64,000 bases of DNA. It comes from Kudoa neothunni. Its lineage: Eukaryota; Animalia; Cnidaria. Under the pieces are notes generated by a model. That model was not told where the DNA came from, did not search any database, and was given only the letters and a program-made list of their open reading frames with translations. Shown here one piece after another: positions 33,801 to 48,600 of the stretch. The stretch spans positions 1,591,927 through 1,655,926 of the forward strand of contig OZ199838.1 in assembly GCA_964304625.1 (NCBI GenBank), read 5' to 3'. The translations under genes were made by a program, and so were the position numbers. Numbering within the stretch: position 1 is the first letter of the stretch; each line of letters begins with the position of its first letter.

Positions 33801-36800
33801 ATATTATGCGAATACAAACTAAGCATACATTAAAATGGTTGTCCTGTGTTCCCTGAATAAGACAGATCTTATATTTCAAAAATTTTTTAATAAATGTTGT
33901 TAGATCTTGTTTTTGATGTAGAAATCTTTTTTTAACAGAAAAGATTTCCTCTACATTATTTAGCTCATATAGCAGAATTAATAATAAGAAATATTATCAA
34001 TAAAAAACAAATATTTTTTTTGAAAGGAATCAATACGGAACATATAATGTGATAAGTATGTATATCTTTTCTTTAAAGGAGAAGATAAAATGAGAATAAA
34101 ATCTCAAAACCTGGGTGTTTAATCAGTATTTTATCCTTAAGATTTGTATTATTATTATTATTATTAACTACCCAATAACTTTACGTTATCAGAAACATTT
34201 TGTTATATAATTCACAATATCAAAATTATGATTATTTTATTAAATCTTATTTTATTGGGTAAGTATTATGCTAAATGCTAGCTTAAAAATATCATTAGGT
34301 CTTATGACCAAGAAACATGGTACTAAAAAGTAGTAAAACCCCTATCTAATCAATGTTGTTTGGCTTTTATTCAAAGGACAAATTCTTTAACAAAAATTAT
34401 TTAAATATTTTAAATTTTAAAATAATATTCTTAACCTTCGGAAGACAGAACTCGAAAAACTTACGGGGGTGCCGAAGGTACCTCAGAGATTTTTCAACTT
34501 AATTCGCTTACAGTAATAAAAAAGTTGTTTTATGTGGTTAATATTAATTTAAATTAAAATTAACCGCCAAAAATGTAAAAATATTTAACCAGTTAGGGAA
34601 AAAATACAAGAAATTCCTCAAAAATATAGGTTAAGCTTGTATATAAAGTTATTAACTAATTATTGGGAAACTCAAGGTTGATTTTCAAGTGAATTCGTCA
34701 TCTGAAAGGAACAACCGACAAACAAGGATATTCGAAAGTTTTTGTTAATCTCATTTTGCGATCGTGGTATTAAAGGGTAGGAATATTCCCTTCCCTTTAC
34801 GCAACTACCTTTTCTGTTATAATTTTTATTCTATGGTAAAAATCATGGCTGGTGTAAAAAGAAAAACCTAGTTGGAACAAAATTAAACATTGATCGAGTT
34901 GTACTTTCAAAATTAATATACAGTCGTGCCTCGATATTGTGTAATTTTTTCCCGGTCCCAAATTGTTACGCAATATGGAGACATTACTGTACTACCAAGA
35001 GCACTTATGTCTTCAATATTCTCAGTATAATCTCCAAGTTTGTCGTATTTGTCGTCTGGTGGAAAATAAAATCAAAACTTAGTCATACTCTTATTCATTT
35101 AAAAATCAATTTTTAGTTAAAATTAAATAAATAATAAATATACGAGATTCAAAGGCCTTTAGATACTAAAAACTATTAGTTCAGTTTTGAAAAAGTGATT
35201 TACTATTTTATATCCTTAAGGGAAAAATTTGATGTTGGTTTTATTTAAAGTTTATTTTATACTAAAAGATTACATGAAAAATTCTAGAGAAAATAAAAAG
35301 GTAAAGATAGAAATTTCGAAAAATAAAATAATTGGGGTTCCTAAAATACCCCGTCCGTCCTGCCTGTAAGGGTTAAAGGAGTTTATAAGTTGTACGTGGC
35401 TTTGGAAAATATAGACCAATCAATAAAAAAATACATCTGAAAAATCCATGTAATACGATGTTTCTTCGTGTACTGTTATCCCATTAAGAGTAAATATGTA
35501 AATTTTAAACAATAATATTTCCATTTTTTGTGTACTTTAAAAACACACTAGCAATATAAAATTTAGATAGTTATAAAATATTTTTTCAACTATTTATCAC
35601 ACAATTTATGGAGAATAAAACATTTTTTTATCGCATAGATTCCTATATCAGTTTAGCGAATGTAGTGAACGTTTTTGTTTGTTTAAAAATAATAAAAAAT
35701 TTTCATTTAAAGTTATTTTGTAAAGAATAATTTCATTTTTATTTTATCGACTAAAATCGTAATTTTCGATTTAGTGGACTTTAATCGTCGAATTTTTAAA
35801 AAAGTTTCGACGTTTATTTTCTGGGGAAATTAGAAATATTCTGAATAATTTAAAAGGGATAGTAACTAGAGAGAAATTGATATTTTTGTTGAATGTATCG
35901 ACATAGAGAAGAAGGAAAACGAATCATCCTGTAAATATTGCAATGTGAATTTATCTCTACAACAAAGTAGAATTTACAAGAAAATAAATTCAATGAAACA
36001 TCTTTTAAAAAGCGTTTCAAGACACTTTTCTGCCAGTTATTTTTTTGGAGAGAAAAAATGGGGGAAAATTATGAAAATTTTAGTTCCTGTTATTGTTCTC
36101 GACGTTCTCCAGCTATCTTCTTTGATAAAAAAGTTTTTATGAGGGGCCTGTTCCAAATTTTTTTAAATTTAAAATGTTTAAACACACACACACACACATG
36201 TTCACTACTGAATCAACCGGAATAAACTTTGATTTTAGTCGTCGAATTTTTCAAATAACCACCGAGATAAAACTCGTAAAGAAATTATTTTGATTTCGCC
36301 CAATATAATCTGAAAAATTATTAAAACAATCAAAAAAATTTTTGAATCAGGACTAAAACAATTAATGATGTAAAAATAACCTCAATATCATGGAAGTGGC
36401 TATTTTCACGATACATAATATTCAGGCGTCATTAGTGTTGATTATTTTTAAATAAAACCAAATTAAATCTGTGTATAGCCTATAAGTGGGGGTTGCTGAG
36501 AATAAAAAATATCATTTGGCAAGCGTACCTATCGCTTGGGAATAAGATTTACCGGGAGGATAAAAAAATGTATATTATCCAGAAAAAATCAACTAACTAC
36601 AATATTACCTTTTCCAGTATTTTAAACTATATATTTTTCGTTAAAAAATAATGTTACGCGTTTGAGTAGGTTGTTTTTTCGGATAAAACAACTGATTGGA
36701 TGAATTAATTAACTCATTCACTCTAACTACTTCACAAATATTTATATAAAAACATTAATTTTTAAGCATTATATAAGTAAGTATAAAATTACTCTCGCCA

Positions 36801-37895
36801 AGTAAAATTGCCAAGATCCATGTCGAATCGAATAATAGAACGAATATTCGATCAGTTTATTACCCAGAACAATATTCACCTACATCAATCACAAATTATA
36901 TAACGGCGTTCACCTATAGGATCATAATGAGCTGTACTGAGTCGGTAACAAGTTTAACCCTTTTTATGGATCTCATCATTATTTTAAGTAGGTTGTAGTA
37001 ATCGTGTACAGTTGATTCGGGTGATCCATCAATTACAAACCTAAATGATATTGTCAAAACAACATATGTTATTTAATTTATTATACTCTTCAGTTTCACC
37101 CTGCATGTCCATAAAGGTTGGTTCAAACGCACCAGCTGAGTTCATAGAGAATGCTATTTTTGGTGGGTTAAATTTGAACAGTGGATATAATCTCACTTTT
37201 GTACACCTTCTGAATCAATTCATAATACCTGGAAGTGCTAAATTTTTACATTAATAACAACAATATTCAGCTTATTTTTATATAAAACGAAGTATTACTT
37301 GTTGTAAATGTGGAGATCCATTCCATACAGGTATAAATTTATTTGATTATTGTTTATTGTGAATGCTAAAATCATTGTAATGCCGTGAGGTATATTATAC
37401 AGGAGTTGAACTTGAGTAGGATTCATGGATATCGTCGTAGGAAAGCTTCTCAGAAAAGGATGGACCAGCCCAATATTTGAATATGAAGTAGCCATCAACA
37501 ATTCTAATTAAAAAATATTATTTTAGTATGTTAAGCCATGAGCATGATGCGACAAAGCAACTACCTTATAGAATAATCTTTATGGAAATACTCCACCCCG
37601 GAGAACATCACCTTTCCCGCTATCACCGAGACTGTGAGAGATTCTATAGCCGATTCGGAAAAACAAAAGTCATAAAGTGTGTCAAAAAATTATACTAACT
37701 TATTTTTAGGTAGGAGTTTTCTTTCAAAATTAGCCTATTCACTAGGAAAGTCATCAATGAACCGAAAATCCTAGACATGTAGAAAACCAAAAACAAAACC
37801 CATGATCCTAAAACTGCCGAGGCAAAAAACACCCAAACCCATAGGTTATTTCCGTAAGGTGAACCTCCAGCTGTAGGAGTTGTTGTTAGCTCCAT
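18887..37895 (-). CDS. BLTP1: Bridge-like lipid transfer protein 1 (KIAA1109/tweek/Csf1 family), roughly 4,000 aa, many exons
   Basis: N-terminal TM followed by YMSRIFGSLMTFLVNRL...SVIAGKVMF...DYSIRIVDGYFIFKYW...LYGMDLHIYN; internal MNYGPWFEERRQQIQQYF; C-terminal RIFNCNNWTLNPKIRFLQWG...EWLMDKL...PKLIQSGILD. The long ORFs join in frame through GT-AG introns, with large introns at ~22900-24375, ~30353-31736 and ~33633-36792. Confidence 0.92.
34435..35372. mobile_element. piggyBac-type MITE in a BLTP1 intron
   Basis: TTAA|CCTTCG ... TAAGGG|TTAA with degenerate subterminal inverted similarity. Confidence 0.55.
34921..34989. mobile_element. 69-bp Tc1/pogo-type mini-MITE
   Basis: TA|CAGTCGTGCCTCGATATTGTGTAA ... 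TTACGCAATATGGAGACATTACTG|TA: TA TSD and imperfect 24-bp TIRs. Confidence 0.7.
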
Positions 37896-39133
37896 TGCAC
37901 GTCGATCTCAAATAGCTAACTCCGAATCCATTTAAATAGGATTACTCTTCTTGGATATTAATAATCCCATTAGTAATCAACACTACAATGGGAATTGGAC
38001 TATTGGCATAGAAAATCAATATCAATTAAACTAGAACCTACAATGTGTTTATCAGTGTAGGTAAAGAGATATTTATTGATAATTACCATATTTATAAATC
38101 TAGCTATTAAATTTATTCATTTATTTTTCGAATATATATTTGTTTAAAATTTAATTCATTCGTTTCAAAATTAGTCGAAAATTAATATTATGAAGTCCTT
38201 TGACTTGTTATTTTTTCATAAATTAATTATTATTAACCTTTTGTATTACTGAAAATATGCGTATTATAATAAAATTAAGAACGAGAATATTTTCCTAATA
38301 AATATTTCAATAAAAATTTTAATAATATCCGTAAATAATATTTATCAATCAAATTTGATTAAAATGAGGAAATCTTATTAGATATTAAATGTTTATACAT
38401 GCTCCAATGCAGCAGTTCCAAATTCCAACCTGAAATAATTCATGCTAACACTCTGTAAGATATTATGGAACCCTATCACTTACGATAACAAACAGGGTTA
38501 ATTACATATTTGATATGTAAGCAAACCAATAATAATAAAAAATTTGATTGATCAAGCGGATTTATCGTCTAGTGAGAGAGTTTGATTGTTTATTTTTACA
38601 CCTTTTAACCGAATTTGTTTCTTTACATCATGTAAATCTAATCTTTAATTTATTCAATATTTAATTAAATCTAGTATGAAAAGTTGAATAAAGTTTTACT
38701 TTTGAAAATATTTATTCATACCTTATTATTTAAATGTTTATCCATTAAAATTGAAAGAGAAACATAAAATTAATTAATACACTTATTGAATAATATATCT
38801 AATGGGGAATTTTAACCAATATATCCTGAAAATATGGAAGAAAATGGATTCAAACTAATTTTTAAATCTAAATTGGTTAAATAAAAAGACGTCGGTTAAT
38901 TTTGAGAATGTTACAGTTGTGTCTCTTGAATTTTCTAACCATTTATAAATTTGGGTACTGCTAAGAAATAATTACATTATTATCTCGCAAACAGATATAT
39001 GTCAAATTATTTAAGAATAAAATAATTAATATGAAATGGCAAGGTAATTTTGTATTGCATCGCAATTCTAAGGTCAAGAAAGCCCGTTTTGATTCGACAT
39101 TTCGTAGTGAATTTGACCATGTCAAGAATACAG

Positions 39134-39615
39134 TGGCCTGGGCAATATTGCATAGTGGTTTTAGGACGAGATCGCATACCTCGAGGTTACGAGTTCGAAA
39201 CCTAGTCCAGGCGTTCCTGAACTCCTAATCGAAATTGAGTATGCAGGCTGTAGTGATCGCAATGATCTACGTTTTATCGTGGTCTTGCTTGTAGCTGGGA
39301 GGGGGGTCTGACGGAAGGGTAGAACTCGGAGTTCATAAACGCCTTGGTACAGGAACGACATAAACCCAATTAGGTAGGTAGGTGGTTTCCGTAGAGCCGA
39401 TGCTTGTATTCAGACGACTTTCCCAGACTAATTCTGGGTTAGTCCAGGGTATGGTTGGGGTGGCGGTTTCTCCGAAATTATCGCATAAACGTAAGTCGCC
39501 TTAATATGATATGAGGTTGCGGTGCCTACAACGTAAATGGAGAAGGTCTAACCAGCCAAAACATCACAACCTAACAAGTTCCGCCAGGGATTTGACCTTG
39601 TAAACAAAAAAAATA
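39134..39615 (+). mobile_element. tRNA-headed SINE with 12-bp TSD
   Basis: A-box-like TAGTGGTT and B-box GAGTTCGAAAC, A-rich end, perfect flanking duplication TCAAGAATACAG at 39122-39133 and 39616-39627. Confidence 0.85.
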
Positions 39616-40199
39616 TCAAGAATACAGGGGGGTGTTGCCGAGAAATTTATAATTGTCCGTTGTTATAATTCAGTTTAATCAATAACCAATAAAGGGTTCA
39701 AGAATGGATCGTGTCGAAATTTGGTCTTAGTATAGAATAATTATATATTTTGGTAATAAATATATTTTAAATATAAACAACATTCAACCCTCGGTAGAAT
39801 CCTATCGATAGATGAAAAACTTTCCAGCTGTGACATTTCCAACAAACGGAAACTCAAACGAAGGGAGACTATATTAGTGATTTAATTTAATAGCGAGTAG
39901 GCCTTTAAATAATCGAGGGTGATTATGTGTTGATGTGAGGATTATTAAGGATTTGGATAGGGATTTCATGATTCCAACGTTTTGTGGGTGTTACTAATTT
40001 TTACAAACATTTTGATAGATAATACATCTTAGTAAATTAATTATATTAGTTTAAAAAGCTTAAAACACTCAACCTCACAAAAAAATTAAAGTAGATTATA
40101 AAATATGACGTAAAATTCCAATTTTTATTAAAAAATTAAGTATTCAATGTTTTTTAAATTTTAGATCGTTTTTATACTGTTGAGATAAATAAAAAAAAT

Positions 40200-41190
40200 G
40201 TCGTTAAATTATTAATTTCCATAGTTGATTTAACTAAAAATGCTTAAAAATCGTATATTTTGAATTTTGACGATTATTATACTTTAAACTTAATCTTATT
40301 TAAAAAGTAATTATATAGTATTTTTGTTTTCAGTAATTTAATTGATGTAAATAAAAAGATAACTTAATAAAATAAAATAAATACTTTCATGTTTTAATTT
40401 TGGAACAAATATTGCAATAACAATTTTTTAATAGTGAATAAGTTAAGCAAAAAAATTTATAAACTAAAAACCACATTAAGTTACATCATAATTAAATTAA
40501 AACTTCATAGTTTTAATTTTGAATAGAATAAATCAGAAAGTCCTGTTTTTAAAATACAAAATCAATATTGAACATTTACAAATTTATTACTAACCTAACG
40601 GATACAAATAAACAAAAATTCAGTGAACTATTAACGACTTAGAATTTGCTAAAATTATCGATAAATAATAATTTTTTTATGTATTAATCAACAACATAGA
40701 GAAGAGATTCCACGCGAATCCGAATATGTTCGATTTAAGATTTATTTCTGGTTTAAAGGTGAATTATTTTTAAGCTGAATTTAACTACATAATGTAATTT
40801 TATATGATCAGAACAATCATGAAAAATTAAAAAAAAGTGAATTAACAAGACGGATTGTAGGAACGACTTTATTTCCAATTTTGTATGCGACACCTCCCTA
40901 AGTTCTACACAGATATTGTAGTTTAGCCGATATTTTAAAAGAAATAAAATAGTTTATTCCAAAAAATAATGCGCTGCTGAATTTTGATAAGAAATAGTCT
41001 CCTAACATGAATTACAAAAATCCACTGTGGACGAATCACACAATCTTGTTAATAAGTTGCCTTAATCTCTTCGAAATAGAGGATAATCCATATACCCTGG
41101 AAAATTCTCCCTCTAAATTTCGAGGATCCTCGACCCTCGATTTTTGAAGGCCTAATAGCGAGCCATGCGCCAATAACTCTGATGATGAAT
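40200..41190. repeat. Inverted copy of the 8905-9840 repeat, apparently nested inside a copy of the 10500-11310 element
   Basis: Flanked by segments matching 10920-10980 on the left and 11130-11300 on the right. Confidence 0.75.
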
Positions 41191-43347
41191 GTCAAAAGGA
41201 ACAATTAGTCGTCAAAATGGCTGCATCTAAAATTCAAGGAGTCTTAATAATTCTTAAACAAACCTTTACGAGCGAAGATCCAGAAGATCTGTGATTTACA
41301 TCGCATTATTTATGGACCGAAAATCAGCTCTTCTAAAAGGATGAAAAATGCAGATAAAATAAAAAATGGAAACCTCTTTTTAATATATAAAGGAATTTAT
41401 GCTTAAAAACGAGCCAATAAATGGTTGAATCGATTTTATTGTATAATGCGCATGAGCATAACATGGTATTGAGTAGTAAATTGGTGGCCTTAATTACTGC
41501 CGTGATACCGAGGGGCGACTACGAATGTATTATGCCACGGTGAATTCTCTCTTGGAGAGTTTGGATTCCTGATAAAAATGCAACATGGAGATGGTTGGCA
41601 AAATACAAATTTGACTTATTGAAATTTAGAAATCGTTACCAACTACTAAATATTCAAAAATTATATTTAATAAATAAACAATAAAATTTAACAAATTATT
41701 TAAAAATAAACTATTTAAAATATTTTGAAATTTTTCTATTGACTAAATATAAAATTAGGTAAAATCGACTGCGATATATTTTGATAAATATTTTGAACCG
41801 ACAAAATTAATTTTTTAATCTATTAAACCAATATCTGAAAGAGAACTGCTAGTTTGAGCCTGATACTGAGCTTTGGTATTTGGTTTTCTCTTTAATTCTA
41901 AAAATATGAGACCTAAAATCGAATTATTTTTGGAGTATGACCTAGAATTTGACTGTCAACGTTGAAGAAACTGGTCCAAACACAATTTTCAGCTAACCTG
42001 ATAGAATCATAGAACCTGGTACATGTCGTATGTTACACGGCTCTGGATTAATCGATCCAAGATTGAAACTTGCTTTAATAAAACCCACTTTTTATTTGTT
42101 AGAATGTTTCAATCTAATCTTCTAACGGAAAATCTATCGTTTTGAATATAAGTTGACTGCTACAGTTTATATTAGTGGGCTGGTCGAATTGATGTTTGAA
42201 TCCTATGGTGTGAATTAAATAATCTGAATTTGTTGAGCTGTCCGACTACCCATAAAAATTGGGGACTGGAATTAAGACCATTATATTACGATAACTGTAT
42301 CGATAAAAGATTCAATAGTAACCAACCGAATATTCCACAAGGTAAATGGCTTTTCATGAAATCTTGCAGTTGGTGAAAATAACCGACGTATTATTTTTAT
42401 CGATTTATTAAAGTTTTAGGGCATCTTGCTCCATATTTTTGATGCACTTGTCCCACAGAGGATTACCTTATTGAATCCAGTGTGTATTTAGATAGATAAT
42501 GTGATTGAGAAACGAAATTATGCTTCTAAACCCCCTTCTATCCAATGTTTATGTTTAAAATTCAATTATATAATTTGAATTATTTTATAAACAAATATTA
42601 TTATTATTTAAATAAATTCGATTGTTTTTAAGTCATCTCTAACTCTTTATTATTTTTTTAATTAAAAATTTTAATTGATCAATTTGACTAGATAATAATA
42701 TTTATATATAATTTTAATATAAAAGAACTCAAGAAATGTAGTTTTTATTAGAAATAAGTGTTTCCCATTAATATTTGAATAACAAGTAATGCAACAAATA
42801 TATACATCGAAAATTAATATCTTCCATATAGTAATAAAGAAATAAATTTTTTTCCTATTATAATAATCAAATCTTGCACGATAACTATCAATAGAAATCT
42901 TATAAGTTAAAGTTATAACTTAAACTTACGCGTAATAAAATAAATAAATTATAGACCCACCTCGTCATGTTTCATCTATGTACATAATTTCATATAATTA
43001 TTTTTAAACAAGTAAAACTTAACTATCTCTCTATATATCCAATTTAAAATATTCCAACAATTTATTCCATCTTATAATGAGAGGTTCTCGAATTTATTTC
43101 TTTTTTTATTTGACATTGAGTTTTGAAAACGCAATGATTTTTAAAATAAAATCGGGAATAAGCAAAAAAATCTACTTCAAAAAAAGTTGGAGTTAATGTA
43201 TCTTTTTATAAATATCAATAAACTCGCTTTATTTTTTAATATTTCGTCGAATTTATAAATTTTCAACTACATAAATAATTAATAAATATATTTATATTAC
43301 CTCTGTAACATTATCATTGTAAAATTCAATAAATATTGCGAAACCCC

Positions 43348-43700
43348 ATCTAAAATCTACAATCTAAAATCTAAAATCTACAATCTAAAATTAAAATCTA
43401 CAATCTAAAATTAAAATCTACAATCTAAAATTAAAATCTACAATCTAAAATTAAAATCCACAATCTAAAATTAAAATCTACAATCTAAAATTAAAATCTA
43501 CAATCTAAAATTAAAATCTACAATCTAAAATTAAAATCCACAATCTAAAATTAAAATCTACAATCTAAAATTAAAATCTACAATCTAAAATTAAAATCCA
43601 CAATCTAAAATTAAAATCTACAATCTAAAATTAAAATCCACAATCTAAAATTAAAATCTACAATCTAAAATTAAAATCTACAATCTAAAATTAAAATCTA
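43348..43700. repeat. 20-bp minisatellite (CAATCTAAAATTAAAATCYA), 16 full units plus degenerate lead-in
   Basis: Read directly at 43381-43700; only a T/C variant; no spacers. Confidence 0.97.
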
Positions 43701-44045
43701 TCTAATATCTAATGGATTTAATACCTCTAATAAAGATGCGATTATAATTAACGCCTGATGTAAACATTGTGTGTTAATTCATTTAACCCGACAAAATCTG
43801 GAAAAGAGTTGCTGTAGCTTATTAATTCCTCCATAGCAATCATTATTACCCGGAAATTTCGAGAAAATCGCCCATTGGGATAATAAAGAACCAATAATAA
43901 AATTACGATAAAATGTAAGTGTTTAGGTTAAAAAAATATTGAAATGATAAACAAAAAGTCTGTGTGTAGACAAATATCGAAAAAGTCACCAAACAGAAAT
44001 GAGTACAAAAGATAAACATAACTCGAGCAGTATTATTAACACTGT

Positions 44046-45184
44046 TTATTTTGGACTTTGGCAGTTGATAAATTTCCCGGTTTTGGGATCGACTATGAGT
44101 AGCTCGTGGTTTTTTTTCATCCACTTGGAAAATTCATCTATAAATACTTTCAACCATACTGAAAGCAACGCCAGCGTTATCAGTGATCCAATAATACTCA
44201 TCATGTACAGGAAAATACAATTGTTATTTACACAAGATCGTCTGGTTTCCATGATTACCAGTCCTATATTGAGGGCGATCACCATTAGACAAATAATCAA
44301 CCAAAGTATTGGCGATCTTGGGAAGGCCCGCCATTTCCACTATGCAAGTTGATCGATTAGCAAATTGTCATAAATTATGTGTTTGGTTACTTTTTTCAAA
44401 GGTAAAATTTTGTAGGAGATATCAAATTTATAGTTGCAAAGTTCGCAAGCATTTCGACGCGACAAATGTAGCCAGGTGGTTAAGCACTGGAAATGATAGT
44501 TGGCAAGACTACCTTTACAATTGCATAAATGGACGAGACGGTCGTCGGTGCTATTTTCCACTTGGCATATTCTACAAATTGGTAGGTTGTTGTTATTGTT
44601 GGTGTCGACGGACATATTGTTATGCTGGGTTGCGGATGTTGTTACTACTGGTGCTACCTCAGTGTCGCAGCAGATGGACGATAATAGTTGTTGGGTGGGG
44701 GTTGTTGTTGTTGTTGGTTTCAACGGTCTAACGAATAGATTTCGAAAATTTAATGCATTGTTAGCAACCGATTTAACCAACAGCGAAGGTGTAGACAAGA
44801 AAGTCCTATTGGATTGACTAATGTTATTAGTGTGGTATGATTTGGGATGTTACGATCTAATTTATGCATAGATTAGGATAAATGATTAATAGTTTAAAAA
44901 ATTCTAATCGGTTTAACACACAAAGTGATCCCACTAAGAATAAATGTGTTTGCTGAACGTATTATAATACCATGTAATATGGTGATATTGTCATCGATGT
45001 GGAAGTGGCTGGTTAGGAGTGTATTCTCGTTGATGAGTTCCACATTATCACCATCACTTAAAGCTTTGATGTGGGCAGGCTGATTTTTGTGAGCCAACTC
45101 ATTGCTCAATCTCAATCTCGAGGATCTGCACTCTAGGGGAGTACGGTCACATTGGCTATTCGGGTTGTTTTGTGATGGCAACAT
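44046..45184 (-). CDS. MARCH-family membrane RING-CH E3 ubiquitin ligase; 5' exon structure uncertain
   Basis: CRICQ...LVHLCNCKGSLANYHFQCLTTWLHLSRRNACELC (C4HC3), then PLKK|WKW, two TM helices and a WMKKN motif. Confidence 0.88.
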
Positions 45185-45630
45185 GAAAAGCTAACCGACA
45201 ACAGAACCCCGTTATAAATTGAAATATCTGTGAATATGCCACTACCTACACACACTGCTCTTAACCACTCATCTCAATAACACACTGAATAGATTATTTG
45301 ATTGGTAGAATATTGAAAAGGAATAAAATTGCCATTCATTACATAACAACAATATCATAATGAGATCTATTTAGTTAGGGGGTTGTTTGTGTGGTTTGAA
45401 TTGGTATAACAACAAAAACAACACCACAGCCATTTAACACATATCATCCAATCAATATGGTGATTGATGATGGGGTTCAATCGTCCAATACACACATTGC
45501 CATATTGAAGAATTCAAACCAATAATTCAATACAACACTAATCTAATGCCATGGATGCGCGGCGGCACAAACTCCGATTGCGCTTAAGGTGGGGTGGTTG
45601 TGAAATTCAACCCTCGTTTGATTTGTTCCC

Positions 45631-48600
45631 ATGCCTACGTGTAGGAAAAGAAAAACTAATTCTATGCCGAACGATGAAAACATCCCATCACCTAATTTGT
45701 CATCGATTCATCCTGTGAATCAACCTCATTCGTCAAATTCTACAGATTCTACAGATTCATCAAATCCATTAAATTACTCCATTCTTAAACCAAATACACG
45801 ACAACTTAATAGAAAGTCTAATGAATCTCATTCAGCCGATTCCAATAGATCTGTAGCTGTAGTTAGAAAAGTGATATCTCGCTTGATTGGCTACTATATT
45901 TTGATTTGACACGTGTAGAGTATGGATTTTAGGCTGGTGCCATTTGTGGACAATCTTCTTAGTAAATTCTTCGATAAAAATGGTTCCAGTTGTTTTGTAA
46001 ATTTTGAGTGTATTCATTGATGGATTCAAAATTTGGGTCTGTATAGGGTAGTATTTTGGATGAATTGTTTGAAGCAAAAAAATCCCTTCGCCTGCAAATA
46101 TCTCACGTTCTACATGTGTTGTTCCAATTACTTATAAAAGCTACCGGATGTGAAGGTTACAGCGATTTTTACGGAATTAAATCACTAAAATTTTTCGTAA
46201 ATTAGCTGTTTTATCGTTAAAAAATGCAAGCTCTGAAGATTATGAATCTCTATTCGATGATATTGGCAATAACTTCCCCGCCGATATTGGACATTTGTAT
46301 CCGATTGTGAACAGTGACAAAAAATACAAATATTTCAAGGTATGGTACTCGATTTACAATTCATTAGTTTCCGTTATGTTACGATTTAATCCCATGGGCA
46401 ATCCCATTCAAATTTTACCTTTGAAGTACTTAACTTAATATTGCCATAGAAATCTATTCCAATATTAATTTGTAATATTACTTTATGACATTTCGATGGG
46501 ATTATTTTTAAGGCGATTTAAAGCAAAAATATTCTGGGTTTGAAAGCGAATTTTTCACTTTTTACATAATTCTAATTCGAGCATAATCGGAATGTTAATT
46601 GGTCGGATTATGTTTCATGGGAAATCGAATTTTTTAATATCTTCTATCAACAAATTGGTATTGTTTGTTCCAAAATATTTTCTGTTTAATTTTTTTAATT
46701 CTCAAAGCTTATTCGAATTTTTAACTCAGGAAGCTTTAGAAGACATTAAAATTGGATGCCTAAGAAATCATATTATTCAGGGTTATTAGAATCAATTAAA
46801 AATCTAAAAGGAGTGCATAAAATGTTTTTAAGACCAAGTATTTAACGACCATTTAAAAAATTAGAAATAGTCCCTTTTATCTTTTGATATTGTAAATTAA
46901 TAATAAAACTTAAGTGGCTATGTGCATGGTAAATAATAATCAGGTGTCGCTGGTTTTGACTGTTTTTAATTATTTCTGACTATTATGAGCGAAGGAATAA
47001 GCTATTAAATCTGTTAACAACTAACTTGTAAGTAGGATTTGCTGAGGTTAAAACTTCCAATGCACTTGCGTACATGCGGTTTAATTTAAGACAGGTCGCC
47101 AAAGTACGGCCCGCGGTGCCTCCTCTAACAGTCGAATGCTCTTGCGCACGTAAAATCGTGTTGACCTACTTGAAGACTATCAAAACTTTACTTTAATAGA
47201 TGGGGGTTAATTGAAAATTCTCATTTAATTCCTCTAACGTTTTTATTTTATCTTAATTGAAATTGAAATAAAAGAGAAAATCGACACATTATATAGCAAG
47301 ATTCTGTATGTAAAACGTGCGAATCGATAAAATACATGCTTCAAGGTTTATTTGATTCCTATGCTTCCAATAGTTTAAAATTCTTAATTAATCAAACGTA
47401 TAAATTAAATTTGTTATCTTTAATTTAATTTAATTTTATTGATTTAATTTAATTTAATTTTATTGATTTAATTTAATTTAATTTTATTGATTTAATTTAA
47501 TTTTATTTGTTACTATAAATTTTAAATCATGAAGCAATAATCGCTGTTCCTTAGATATTTTCTAGCATCTACGCATATTTTTACTGTGATCGAATAAATA
47601 AAATATGAATTTTATGCTTGAAAAATGGTAATTTTTAATTGCTACCTTACATATAACAAACTTTACAATTTTTTTGAACAATACAATAGACAACGGATGG
47701 TTCGTAATCCCATCGGGGACCTCAAAACTAAAATATACTAAATCTTGACACAGAAATTAAATAAGTTTCCTGTTTCGCATTAAAATTCATTATTTTTTAT
47801 ATTTACGTTTAATTTTTATAACTGCTTTTCGAAGCTTATGAACATCAAAAATTTTCATTTGAAATGAATAAGGATTTTAGAATTCATAAATTATATTTTT
47901 TTTTTATTATACAAAATAATAATTTAATTGATTGATTGATTGATTGATTACTTTTAAATGTCATAAAATTAATCATTGAGACGAGTTTAGGTAACAACTT
48001 TCTGCTTATAATAAGGTTAGATTAGCTTTTACTTTTTAATATTTAGTATTTGGAAGTTAATAAACATTAGCGTCATCGATTGCTTACGAAGAAATTATAG
48101 ATAGATAACTTTGTAAATGATACGACAATTTTTTATATAGATTAAAGTCATATAAATTTAATAGACTCAATATTCTATCAGAGACCATCTTAAATATAGA
48201 AATGTAAAAATAGATCTTACTTTCCATTTACCAAAGCGTACAATTATCCTTTACTATTGAACAGGACCGGTGATTTCCGGAAGCGAATGTTGTATTACAT
48301 GTTTACTATAATTTTACTATTTTTTGAGTTAAGTTGTAATTAAATTCAAGCGCATTAAAATTGTGATGTGATGACATTTTTGAGGCTTAAAAAATTACCA
48401 CAGAATTATTGAATTCGGCATCGGCGTTAATTGGAATTTAGATTAATTAATTTTTGATAATCCGTTTCTTTAATTTAACTAAACTATTAAATATCAATGA
48501 GTTATGAGTTATTTGGTTGTAGAAACATTGTTTTTATAAATAATTCTAATCCTAGAGATTCATCTCTTTTTGAAAAACTTAAAATGTGCAGTCGAAATTT

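Noticed and set aside
41830-42500. Possible retroelement relic (also 60-420 and 10030-10260)
   Set aside because: Slightly raised GC, but no convincing RT, Gag or transposase motif.
43348-43700. CRISPR-like or telomeric array
   Set aside because: No unique spacers, no cas genes, eukaryotic context, not a known telomeric unit, and internal location. The same applies to 3670-3823.
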